IMG/VR virus record: IMGVR_UViG_3300043570_002836 | Coordinates: 1 to 64,000 of that record | DNA: 64,000 nucleotides | Strand: one strand, 5' to 3' | Source: a virus | Part shown: one piece after another, positions 32,375-41,951 of the stretch | Numbering within the stretch: the first letter of the stretch is position 1 | Layout: each line of letters starts with the position of its first letter | Notes under the pieces: generated by a model | What the model saw: only the letters and a program-made list of their open reading frames with translations | Database searches by the model: none | What the model was told of the DNA's origin: nothing | Made by a program: the position numbers and the translations under genes

Positions 32375-34210
32375 TCAACGATTTAGAAGTTTATCTAATT
32401 GGGTTTCAATATCACCCAAAGAATTTCTTGCCTTAGATAAATCAATAAAAGAGTCATCCTCAGTTAGACTATCACTTTCTAATAATATTTTTAAATTATC
32501 TTTTTTATCAATTGATTCAGGTGTTAGACCCGCGTCACCACCTGGTACAGGACCTGGAGGTGCTGGAGGACCTTCCATTCCACCACCCATGTCGGGAGCT
32601 CCCATATCACCGCCTGGCGCTGGCGGAGGAGTTGTTGTGGCATTTTGAGTACCACCTGATTTAGTTGCGTACAATTTGTCGATATTATCAAATAAACCTG
32701 TATGAGTGATAATTGTTGCCGTATTAACTAATTCAGCACCGACTGCTCTTTCAATTCTTTGTTGTTGTAAATCAAGTTTAATTTCATCATCTGAGAAACC
32801 TAAAATATGTTTTTTAGCCCATGACGCTGAAACAGGTGCGATACCTTCTTGTGCTGGCATTACCGCATCTTTGTATAATAACATTTTTTCTTTCCAAATG
32901 TCAATTTTTAATAAATCGGCTTGTGAAGAAGGATTAGTTAAACTTAATGTAAAGTTAGATAATTCATCCTCAAATCCTAATAAAAATAAATGGATAATCG
33001 CGATTTTATTCATCTCAGCAATCATACATTTCTGTATTTTATTAATAGTTCTTGCAAAACGAATATCCATTAATGATAAGTCTTTACCACCACCGACAGG
33101 TTCCTCAAATCCTAAGAATGCTTTTGGTACACGTAATGCCGTTAATAATTTCTTTTGGATGTATTCGATATCGGCAATCTCACCTAAGTTCTGAGCGCCT
33201 GGTAATGTTTCGATTGGGGATGCTTGTGCGGGGTCACGTACAGGAATAAAATAATCTTGGTCAACCGCCATTTGGTTAAACCTCATATCAACATTACCTG
33301 TTGCTGAGTCAACAACTTGACTTCTTTTGAATTTGTTAGCAACACGTTGTACGTATGGTTCAACATCTTTATCATCCATGTTACCAACGAATACTTTAAA
33401 TACACGTCTTTCAGGTGCTCTTGATGTACGATAAATCAACATCGCATCCTCAGATAACAATAACTGTTTCCAAATACGTCTTGCTTTTTCTAACATTGAA
33501 GTACCATAAGGAAGTTTTCTATCATCCCCCAATAAACGGAAGTGAGCGATTTCCCATGTGTTAAATTCCATGTCTTTAACTTTCCATTTGAATCTTAAAC
33601 CTTTGTTTTCAATTGGTTCATCAACATTTGCTGATTTGGCAGCCATACCTCTTTCCAAACGTTCAATCTCGATGTTTGGTAATTGCATACAACCAATAAT
33701 ACCTTTTTCAGTATCTAACTTTAAGTAAACAAAGTTATCCCCATACTTACATGTGTTTCTTGTCCACATAGGTAAGTTGGTATTGATATCTAAAGCGTTA
33801 TTAAATAAATCGGTTAGAATTGATTTAATACGTTTAGATTCTGAGTATATTTGTAACATGTAACCATTTTGGTCAACTGTTGTAGATTCCTCACCGTAGA
33901 TGTCTAATGCTGCAGAAATCTCAGGAGTGTACTCCATTGATTCGTAATCATAAAATGACGCCAAACGTGTTGGTTCATAATAAACGGCTTGTGTGTATAG
34001 ATTACTTTCAATTTTAGACCATTGGTTAGCTAAAAAATAAGTTTGTTGTGCTTGTAATTTTTCCCTATCATAATCGTCCTTTGAAGTTGTTTTTAACAAC
34101 TCTTTTTTGTCAAATTTATATGTGGGATAATCTTGATTTAATAATGAGTTTGGACCAAACGCGTGTGATAAACGTTGCCAAACTGTCAGATTATTTTGTT
34201 TATTTTCCAT
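32375..34210 (-). CDS. Portal protein (T4 gp20-like)
   Basis: EDAMLIYRTSRAPERRVF, DYFIP, IETLPGAQNL, ALRVPK. Confidence 0.95.
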   Translation of the reverse strand: MENKQNNLTVWQRLSHAFGPNSLLNQDYPTYKFDKKELLKTTSKDDYDREKLQAQQTYFLANQWSKIESNLYTQAVYYEPTRLASFYDYESMEYTPEISAALDIYGEESTTVDQNGYMLQIYSESKRIKSILTDLFNNALDINTNLPMWTRNTCKYGDNFVYLKLDTEKGIIGCMQLPNIEIERLERGMAAKSANVDEPIENKGLRFKWKVKDMEFNTWEIAHFRLLGDDRKLPYGTSMLEKARRIWKQLLLSEDAMLIYRTSRAPERRVFKVFVGNMDDKDVEPYVQRVANKFKRSQVVDSATGNVDMRFNQMAVDQDYFIPVRDPAQASPIETLPGAQNLGEIADIEYIQKKLLTALRVPKAFLGFEEPVGGGKDLSLMDIRFARTINKIQKCMIAEMNKIAIIHLFLLGFEDELSNFTLSLTNPSSQADLLKIDIWKEKMLLYKDAVMPAQEGIAPVSASWAKKHILGFSDDEIKLDLQQQRIERAVGAELVNTATIITHTGLFDNIDKLYATKSGGTQNATTTPPPAPGGDMGAPDMGGGMEGPPAPPGPVPGGDAGLTPESIDKKDNLKILLESDSLTEDDSFIDLSKARNSLGDIETQLDKLLNR

Positions 34211-34267
34211 ATAGTAATTTTAAATCTATTTATCAATAATTAAATAGTAACTCGTAATCAATAAATA

Positions 34268-36034
34268 TTATCTACGACCAAATAACCACCCATAAGTTTC
34301 ATAATCATTTCGACTTGGGTTATATCCATTCGATTGTCTCATTCTATCTTGATAATGTGGTATAACGGGATTAAAATCTAAGGTTTTACTAGCTTCCTCA
34401 TTATCACTAACAGTCCAAGATTCTAACATTGATTTTGTTAATTCGGTTACTTTTGTTAAATTACTGAAAGATGATTCGCCAACATAAGTAGCCATTGCGA
34501 TAGACATAAGTAAATCGTCATGTCGTCCTTTTTGGTGGTCAGGTCTACCATTAATGTAAATGAACGTATCCATTTCATTGTACAAACGATGACTATATAT
34601 TTTAAAATCGTGTCTCATCGCCTCTTCATATGATGCGATAATCTGAACACGTTTATTATTAAAGTTAATTCCTGGTATCTTCTCTGCAGATTTTGGATTA
34701 TATTTCCAAGTGTTACCTAATTCAACACCATCAACATATAAATCTTTATATCCTAATTCCTGTAATTTACGTGATGTGGATACTCCCATACCACCCGTGA
34801 TATCTATTACGATATAGGCTGAATACATATTGGCCCATTTATAACATATTTCAGCCATAGTGTCAGGAGGTAATTTACCGACAAATTCTGCAACTTGTTC
34901 ACGAGTATCAAAATCGACTAATTGAAATGAACTAAAATCCTCACTATCCCCACGACTGACATCGACACCCATAATGTATTTATGGCCAATAACAGGGTCC
35001 TTCCAAATCCATAATTGATTACCCAACATTTTATTTTGAGGTTCAACCAAATAATTCTCACGGATTTTTTGCATTAATCTTGAGTCAAATACGTTATCCC
35101 CTGAACTAAGGAAGTTACACTCTAACTCTTGAGAAACTTTACGTTTGTCGTATTTAAGTTTTTTAACCATTCTTTCAAACCAATCAGAACATGGTTTGTG
35201 CCCATCCTTAATTAATTCTTTAGCAACCTCAAAATCTCTCTCTAAAAATGGTTTGTCAGCCCAACTAATAATTTTGGTTGGGTCATATTCTTCTTTATTT
35301 AAAAGATAATGAATAGCATCATCAGTTTTAACAAAATATAAGTCGCTAGTATAACGAGGGTCACGATACCAATACATTTCCGTAATTTTGAAATCATTCA
35401 TATTACGTAACGCTTGGTCATAAATCTCATAGTAAATTGGGTCATTACCGTTAGGTGTTGATACCACAATTACTTTACCCCCTGTAGATAGGGACGCCAT
35501 ACAGGCAGACCAAAAGTCACTGTCGGCTTCGATAAACGCTGCCTCATCAAATACAAGTATTGTTGGAGTAAATCCACGTAAAGCATCCTTAGATGTTGCA
35601 ACCGCTTTAACCTCACAACTATTTGTTAATTTCCAATGTTTGGTAGATTTTTTATTTGGGTCAATTCCGACATTAGTCCATGACGGCCATTGAGTTACAA
35701 ACAACCTAATCTTATTCGCCATCTCGATTGATGTATCAAGTTTGTTGGCAATAATAAGAATTTTCTCAGGTTTTTCTTTTTTAGCAAAAGCTAATTTTTT
35801 TGATATCCAAGCGGCGGTAACTGTTGATACGCCCGCTTGTCGATATTTTAAGGCAATGTTCTCATTATAATCTTCATAATCCTGTAACAATTTGATTTGG
35901 TCAGGGAATAATTCTAGTGGAACAAATTTTGATACTGTGTTATCGTATGTTTGTAGATACGTTCTTAAAGCGTATGAGGTGTCCCTCATACACTTTACGT
36001 ATTCTAGTAATATTTGTTCTTTAGTTAATGACAT
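34268..36034 (-). CDS. Terminase large subunit (T4 gp17-like)
   Basis: KYRQAGVST, VFDEAAF, STPNG, QELECNF, GVDVSRG, HDDLLM. Confidence 0.95.
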   Translation of the reverse strand: MSLTKEQILLEYVKCMRDTSYALRTYLQTYDNTVSKFVPLELFPDQIKLLQDYEDYNENIALKYRQAGVSTVTAAWISKKLAFAKKEKPEKILIIANKLDTSIEMANKIRLFVTQWPSWTNVGIDPNKKSTKHWKLTNSCEVKAVATSKDALRGFTPTILVFDEAAFIEADSDFWSACMASLSTGGKVIVVSTPNGNDPIYYEIYDQALRNMNDFKITEMYWYRDPRYTSDLYFVKTDDAIHYLLNKEEYDPTKIISWADKPFLERDFEVAKELIKDGHKPCSDWFERMVKKLKYDKRKVSQELECNFLSSGDNVFDSRLMQKIRENYLVEPQNKMLGNQLWIWKDPVIGHKYIMGVDVSRGDSEDFSSFQLVDFDTREQVAEFVGKLPPDTMAEICYKWANMYSAYIVIDITGGMGVSTSRKLQELGYKDLYVDGVELGNTWKYNPKSAEKIPGINFNNKRVQIIASYEEAMRHDFKIYSHRLYNEMDTFIYINGRPDHQKGRHDDLLMSIAMATYVGESSFSNLTKVTELTKSMLESWTVSDNEEASKTLDFNPVIPHYQDRMRQSNGYNPSRNDYETYGWLFGRR

Positions 36035-36037
36035 ACA

Positions 36038-37696
36038 TTAATCCTCGTCCATCCAAGACATGTCATCGTCAGAATCATCGTCTTCGTCTTCGTCAGGTTT
36101 ATTACCATATTGTTTTTTAGTCATATATGATGGGTTTTGGTCCATTTGTTTTCTAAGACTTCTTGATTTTTCAACCAAACTACCGATATAATTCTCAGCA
36201 AATTCAGGGTCTTCTAAACCTAATGTAAATAATGACTTAGTTAATTTAAATAATTTATCTTTATTTTCGTTAGATAAAAATTTAAGTAAAAACGGTGTTA
36301 ATTCTCTTTGTTCATTCACATCACTTACAACTCTGTTAAAAATTTTGTAAAATTCAATGTAAAATTTTTCACTGTATACCAAATCGTATGCTTCAACTTC
36401 TAATGAAGTGGCAGCTTTTTTAGTAAGTTCTCGTTGTCCTTTATCTTTAGGTCCACCAGCTGATGTAAAGAACATGATAACACCTTTAATTAATTCGTGA
36501 ACTAATAATGGTAATGTTGATGCTCTTGCCTCAATAGTAAAAGGACCATTAGCTTTTTTAGGTTCTTGTGATGGGGTTCTTTCAGGTTCTTGAGATGGTT
36601 TTCTTTTAGGTTCTTCTGAATCATCAGAATCTTCAGAATCATCAGATGATTTACTTTTAGGTTGTTCAGAATCTTCGGGTGGTTTAACTTGGATTTGACC
36701 AATTTGTCCTCCACCTGAATTACCAACATTCCCGATGTCATCAAATAACCAATACATATGTAACATAATTGGTTGTATAACATTTGATATTTGGATAATT
36801 CTCTCACCACCAGGTAGTTCTGAAATTTTATCAGCACAAATTTCATATGCGTTTGAGTAGTATAATGACATACCTCTTCTGAACATATTAATAATCATTC
36901 GTCTTGATACCTCATCAGAAAATTCGTTCTTAGCTTTCTCAACAGTTGATGGTGAAATTTTAAAAGTTGACTCAACAGATTCTTTAACTTTTTCTTCATC
37001 AAAATCAACACCTGCAGATTCGATATCACGTTTTAAATCTTCAATTTGTTGTTGTTTTTCAGCGTCGATGTCGGCAAATTTTTCGGCAATTTCCTCATCA
37101 GAAAAATTCTCAACTTTTGCTTTCATTCCTTGAAGTTGTTTTAAAAACCCTGTTGTAAGTTTACCATCCAATTTCAATTTAGCATTAAAGAACTCTCTAT
37201 CAATACCCATCGCTTTTTCAACTGATTCTGCTGCAATTTCTTCAATCTCATCTTTGTTTCTCATTTGTAGTGAAATTAATTCACCCATCAAGTCACCAAC
37301 AACACCCATGAAAACACGGAATGCGTTTTGAGAATCGGTTTTAAGATTTTGGTTAGCAATTGTCAAACGTCTATCAATACCTGAATTTCTACCCAATAAT
37401 TCTTCTAAACGAACTATTGAATCTTTAAATGCCATTGAAGTAAAGAAATCAACTTGTGCTTGAGTTAAACCAAATTTACTAAGTGGTAATTCACCTCTTT
37501 CAATTTTACCTTGTAAATTTCTACTTGGTCTACCACCACCAACTTCAGACCCAAATGTCATTGGGGCTTCATTAATTTCTTTTTTAACTCTTTCTAAAAG
37601 ATATTTTTCATCTCTAGTTAAACCTTCACTAACTAATTTTCTTTCTAAAGTTTTTTTAACTTTAAAATATTTTTCCATGTTTTTGTTTAAGCTCAT
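36038..37696 (-). CDS. Hypothetical protein with HEL motif
   Basis: IEARA...PLLVHELIKG. Confidence 0.6.
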   Translation of the reverse strand: MSLNKNMEKYFKVKKTLERKLVSEGLTRDEKYLLERVKKEINEAPMTFGSEVGGGRPSRNLQGKIERGELPLSKFGLTQAQVDFFTSMAFKDSIVRLEELLGRNSGIDRRLTIANQNLKTDSQNAFRVFMGVVGDLMGELISLQMRNKDEIEEIAAESVEKAMGIDREFFNAKLKLDGKLTTGFLKQLQGMKAKVENFSDEEIAEKFADIDAEKQQQIEDLKRDIESAGVDFDEEKVKESVESTFKISPSTVEKAKNEFSDEVSRRMIINMFRRGMSLYYSNAYEICADKISELPGGERIIQISNVIQPIMLHMYWLFDDIGNVGNSGGGQIGQIQVKPPEDSEQPKSKSSDDSEDSDDSEEPKRKPSQEPERTPSQEPKKANGPFTIEARASTLPLLVHELIKGVIMFFTSAGGPKDKGQRELTKKAATSLEVEAYDLVYSEKFYIEFYKIFNRVVSDVNEQRELTPFLLKFLSNENKDKLFKLTKSLFTLGLEDPEFAENYIGSLVEKSRSLRKQMDQNPSYMTKKQYGNKPDEDEDDDSDDDMSWMDED

Positions 37697-37704
37697 CTTA
37701 TAAA

Positions 37705-38580
37705 TTATTTAATCATTCTATTTTTTTTAACTTGTCCCATAAAAAATCTAAATCCGTCAGATTTTGCTTCAGGGTCATCAGATGGGTCTGGGTCATCAAA
37801 AGGGTCAAAATCAGGTTTTGGTGTAATTGTCGGTGCTGGTTTTGTACCAGGTTTAGGTAATACTTCAGGATTTCTAGCTTCAGGGTCGTCAGATGGGTCT
37901 GGGTCATCAAAAGGGTCAAAATCAGGTTTAGGTGTGATTGTTGGTGCAGGTTTTGTACCAGGTTCAGGTAAAACTTCAGGTGACTCCATAATAGTTCTAA
38001 TGAAATCTTTCTTAGTCATTTTAGGAAAAATCGAATTTTCAATAATTTGTGAAAATTCATCTTCTAAAATACTTTCCCATTTTAAACTTGGTTTAATGTC
38101 GGCAATTTTATTACCCATGTTTTTGTTTGATGCTTTACCAATCATATCCATATAACCACCTTCTTTAGTTTCCACTTTTTTAGGTAATCCTTTATGTTTA
38201 GTTGATGCAAAATCTTTAACGTCTTTCTTAGACATTTCTTTAGCGGCTTCACCCGCTTTACCTTTTTTAGGTGTTTTACCTTTTTGCATACTTCTAACAA
38301 CACCAAAAAATTCTTGTTGTTTTTTAGATACTGATTTTTCATTTACTTCATCTTCACGAATTTCTTCTTCATATGTTACAAAAGGTTTTTTTTCGGATTT
38401 TGCTTTATTAATTGAAACCATATCAGTTTTTGGTATGTTCAATGTTTGTTCTTTAACAGTTTTTCTCTGTTTAACCAATCTTACGTGTAAGTGATTAATT
38501 TGAGATTCGTTAAGAGACATAACCAAAGATGGTTTTAACCCATAACCAATTAAGCTCAATTTTTTTTCGTTAGTTTTCAT
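37705..38580 (-). CDS. Hypothetical protein with DUF3008-like segment and duplicated Pro/Asp-rich block
   Basis: KSVSKKQQ...MSKKDVKDFASTKHKGLP; start taken at MKTNE. Confidence 0.6.
   Translation of the reverse strand: MKTNEKKLSLIGYGLKPSLVMSLNESQINHLHVRLVKQRKTVKEQTLNIPKTDMVSINKAKSEKKPFVTYEEEIREDEVNEKSVSKKQQEFFGVVRSMQKGKTPKKGKAGEAAKEMSKKDVKDFASTKHKGLPKKVETKEGGYMDMIGKASNKNMGNKIADIKPSLKWESILEDEFSQIIENSIFPKMTKKDFIRTIMESPEVLPEPGTKPAPTITPKPDFDPFDDPDPSDDPEARNPEVLPKPGTKPAPTITPKPDFDPFDDPDPSDDPEAKSDGFRFFMGQVKKNRMIK
37766..37981 (-). repeat. 111-bp in-frame tandem duplication (PEVLP.PGTKPAPTITPKPDFDPFDDPDPSDDPEA x2)
   Basis: Read directly in DNA and protein. Confidence 0.9.
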
Positions 38581-38980
38581 ATACAACTTTTTTTTCAAAT
38601 TCTAAAACGATATCACGTTCATATAATTTATCTTTAACTTTTTGTTCTTCATCACCAAAGTTAAACACTAATCGTTTTTTATAATTAAAGTCAATGTCAT
38701 CATTTTCTTTTTCCCAACACAATGCGATAATACCATCCATTGAATCGGTCATACAAAAATAATCAGAATTTTGAATAACCTCCATTTCTATGGTATCATT
38801 TTTTAAAACTCCGACTTTCTTAATTAATTCTAAACTTGGAGGACTTGGGTATCCATTAGATGGTTTGGACTCCCAAGATTCTCCCCAGATTTCTTCCAAA
38901 GTATCTGAGAAAATAAATTCGTAAATATTATCTCCCTTATAGTTTGGCCCTAATTCATTGACATATATCAAATAACTCAT
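38570..38980 (-). CDS. Hypothetical protein
   Basis: ORF within the operon. Confidence 0.7.
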   Translation of the reverse strand: MSYLIYVNELGPNYKGDNIYEFIFSDTLEEIWGESWESKPSNGYPSPPSLELIKKVGVLKNDTIEMEVIQNSDYFCMTDSMDGIIALCWEKENDDIDFNYKKRLVFNFGDEEQKVKDKLYERDIVLEFEKKVVYEN

Positions 38981-40302
38981 AGTAATTTAAAACCACCTTT
39001 AGTCGATACTTTTAATCTTTTATCTTCAACTTCAAACACGATGTCTTTACCAACTGTTTTACCTACTAATTTAGCCGTAGGGTATTTGCTTAAAACTTTA
39101 GCTGACGCTGCCTCTTGAGATTTACTCTCAGAAAGTTTTTGTATTTTATTAAATGTAGTTTCTTTTCTTTGTACGTTTTCTTTAACCAATTTTTTTGTTG
39201 GTTTAAAATATTTACCTAATACTCTATCAACACTTGATTCAGAAAAAAGACTTTCAATCATGTCCTCAACTTGGAATGATTCGTCATCACTCATTTCATC
39301 GTGGTGAATTCTTCTACGTCTCGAACCTCTTGGTTTGAAATCTTCTTCTTCATCTTCTTCATCATCATCAAAGTTAAATCCTTCGGCCATTTCAGGTTCA
39401 GGTACTGCAGGTACTTCAGGTTCTAATTCTTCACCTTCTTCATCACCCATTTCATCACCCATTTCAGGTTCTTCCATATCCATGTCCATATCATCACCTT
39501 CTTCGTCATCACCAAGACCTTCCAATTTGTCTAAGATATCTTCTTTATCTTCTTCTTCTAAGTTATTTAAATCTAAAGCCGATAATACAGAATTGATAAC
39601 GTACTTAATATCTTTTGATGGCATTTCATTTTCTTCGTCAGATAAAAACGTTCTAATTTTTTGTCCTAATTTTCCTGTGATTTTTTGAATTGATTTAAAA
39701 GTAACAACTTCATCCTCATCATCTTCAGGTTCTTCCATGTCCATATCGTCTTCCATATCCATATCCATGTCTTCATCACCCATTTCAGGTTCAGGTAACT
39801 CTTCACCTTCAGGAGAAGGAATTGCCGAAGGGTCGGGAGCAGGTGCGGGTGCGGGAGCTGGTACAGGTGCGGGAGCTGGAGCGGGTGCCGCTTGTTCATC
39901 AGTTTCACCACCACCTGAATTTAATTTTAAATAATATTTCATTTCCTCATCTTCACTTTCAAACAAAGAAACGTTTTTGTCGTAACCTTCGTTAACATTC
40001 ACTTCTTTAGCGATTAAGTTTAATCTTTTAAATGCTTGTGAATATGAAGAATAGTATTTTCTATTTTTCATCGGTTCAATATAATCAGTCGATTCGTTCA
40101 AACCTTTTTTGATTACATATCCGTTACGCTCTTTATCAATACGATAAGTATTTCCATCCGCCAAAGTAATAGTGTACTCAACAGACTTATCTTCATTTAG
40201 AGGTTTTGGTATATTCTCTTTATATCTCGCAATTTCCATAATACGATTTATTTTAGCTAAACCTTCTAGTTTTTCACTACCAATTGGTCTTATTTTTCCC
40301 AT
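38977..40302 (-). CDS. Acidic, Pro/Ala-repeat hypothetical protein (possible prohead core)
   Basis: Late motif upstream; low-complexity acidic centre. Confidence 0.6.
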   Translation of the reverse strand: MGKIRPIGSEKLEGLAKINRIMEIARYKENIPKPLNEDKSVEYTITLADGNTYRIDKERNGYVIKKGLNESTDYIEPMKNRKYYSSYSQAFKRLNLIAKEVNVNEGYDKNVSLFESEDEEMKYYLKLNSGGGETDEQAAPAPAPAPVPAPAPAPAPDPSAIPSPEGEELPEPEMGDEDMDMDMEDDMDMEEPEDDEDEVVTFKSIQKITGKLGQKIRTFLSDEENEMPSKDIKYVINSVLSALDLNNLEEEDKEDILDKLEGLGDDEEGDDMDMDMEEPEMGDEMGDEEGEELEPEVPAVPEPEMAEGFNFDDDEEDEEEDFKPRGSRRRRIHHDEMSDDESFQVEDMIESLFSESSVDRVLGKYFKPTKKLVKENVQRKETTFNKIQKLSESKSQEAASAKVLSKYPTAKLVGKTVGKDIVFEVEDKRLKVSTKGGFKLL

Positions 40303-40379
40303 CTTATTTTTTTTTAAAAATTATTTTATATATAAATATGTAATCAAATAGAAATGTTAATTAATTCTATTTAATGGCG

Positions 40380-41132
40380 TTAATATCTAAACTCTTTTAA
40401 CGTAAGTTTTTTATCCGTTAGTTCATCTTTTAAATTTCTTATTTTTTCTAAATACCCATTTCTTCTTAGTACTTTGAAGACCAAATTTTCTTCGGAATAT
40501 TCACCATCTTTTTGTAATCCACAAGTACGGTATTTTCTAAGTTTTTCATTATACTTATCAATCAGTTTTTTGGACTCATCAAAATCTTCATCTTTAACAT
40601 TATCAACAAGATTATCAATGATGTTCATCCATTGTTGTGATTTTGATTTAATTTTACCGTGATTGATATCAACAGTTTCACTAACAGGTGTCTCAACCCA
40701 TTCGTCATTTAAGATTGAATATTTAGCGATACTCTTAACCTCATTTACCATAGACTCATCTTCAACATATAATTCAACTTCATAACCATAGATTGTGATA
40801 TCGTGTTTTTTATTATAAATTGTTTTCTTTAATTTGAATAAGTCCTCATATAAAGGTTTTTCTGAATTATTAAATTGTGAAAAATCCGCTAAGATATGTA
40901 TATCAACATCTGAGTAATCGGACCAATTATAATTTGCCAATGAACCTGACATTATAATATCAGATATTACAAGATTCACATCTAAAAATTCAATAAAATC
41001 ATTACCAATTTTTAATAATCGTTCTCTAACTTTTGGTTTCATGGTATAACTACCATTTGTTTTTTCCCAAATGTCAGTATTTAAAGTTTCCTTTAATTTG
41101 AAACTTTTTAATATTTTACGAAAGTCACTCAT
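40380..41132 (-). CDS. Nucleotidyltransferase (Pol-beta superfamily)
   Basis: GSLANYNW..YSDVDIH and VELYVE. Confidence 0.8.
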   Translation of the reverse strand: MSDFRKILKSFKLKETLNTDIWEKTNGSYTMKPKVRERLLKIGNDFIEFLDVNLVISDIIMSGSLANYNWSDYSDVDIHILADFSQFNNSEKPLYEDLFKLKKTIYNKKHDITIYGYEVELYVEDESMVNEVKSIAKYSILNDEWVETPVSETVDINHGKIKSKSQQWMNIIDNLVDNVKDEDFDESKKLIDKYNEKLRKYRTCGLQKDGEYSEENLVFKVLRRNGYLEKIRNLKDELTDKKLTLKEFRY

Positions 41133-41162
41133 CAGTAATAAATACTTGATAAATATAATTTA

Positions 41163-41405
41163 TTACAGTTTTTTGAATTTATATACTTTCGCAATTTTAC
41201 CACTAAAAAATTTACCCTGAGATTCTGAAGTTCTCATTTGCGTAAATAATTGATGAGGTACGTCTAAATACTCATATCGAATACCTGTGTTAAATTCAAT
41301 AATTAAATGTTTGGTTGCGGTATCGTATTCCGCTCTTTTAAAATTACTTGATTTAACTTCACAAATTATTTTAGTTCCGATGATTTCTTCTTTTAAAATT
41401 GACAT
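41163..41405 (-). CDS. KTSC-domain protein
   Basis: VKSSN....YD....L.IEF..G..YEY.DVP........SESQGKFF. Confidence 0.9.
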   Translation of the reverse strand: MSILKEEIIGTKIICEVKSSNFKRAEYDTATKHLIIEFNTGIRYEYLDVPHQLFTQMRTSESQGKFFSGKIAKVYKFKKL

Positions 41406-41408
41406 AAG

Positions 41409-41846
41409 TTAAGCTATTTTAGTTAATGTTGCGGAATAATCACCTTCAACACCTTTTATTTCCCCAACACCCGCAAGTGTAAATTGGCTAGCTTTTGTTT
41501 TTGCGGCTTGAACCATTTTATTAATTTGGTTTTGGTCAAGTTTAAATAATTTATCTGTATTATCTTTCGCCCAAACCATTCCTTTACTATCTTTCCATAT
41601 TGCAACAACACCAATACCTCCTTTATAAACACTGAAACCTAACTTTGTAACATTCACGGCAACTTTATATTTAGTCTTAACACCATTGTATTCCAACGAT
41701 AATGGACCACCACTTGATGTGTTTGTCGGAGATATTTTAACGTTATTAACAACAACTTGTTCCATTAATGGTTTTTTCGATTCTTCAATAACTCTTTTGA
41801 CAATTCTATTTAAATCAGACTCAGTTAATCTTATTACTTTTTTCAT
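41409..41846 (-). CDS. Hypothetical protein with MKKVIRLTESDL leader
   Basis: Shared N-terminal motif. Confidence 0.65.
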   Translation of the reverse strand: MKKVIRLTESDLNRIVKRVIEESKKPLMEQVVVNNVKISPTNTSSGGPLSLEYNGVKTKYKVAVNVTKLGFSVYKGGIGVVAIWKDSKGMVWAKDNTDKLFKLDQNQINKMVQAAKTKASQFTLAGVGEIKGVEGDYSATLTKIA

Positions 41847-41951
41847 TTTTTTCATTTTTTTATTATAGTGTTTTATGGTATTAAAACATCAATTTATTTT
41901 ATGATTGAGTTTTAATAATAATTATCCTATAATTAATAAAAAAACAAAAAT

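Noticed and set aside
25359-36034. Introns or inteins in capsid, portal or terminase
   Set aside because: Reading frames are continuous and no intein end motifs were seen. The extra capsid length looks like an inserted surface domain.
25651-39934. Antisense or alternate-frame ORFs inside capsid, scaffold, portal and acidic genes
   Set aside because: Shadows of biased codon use in the real genes.
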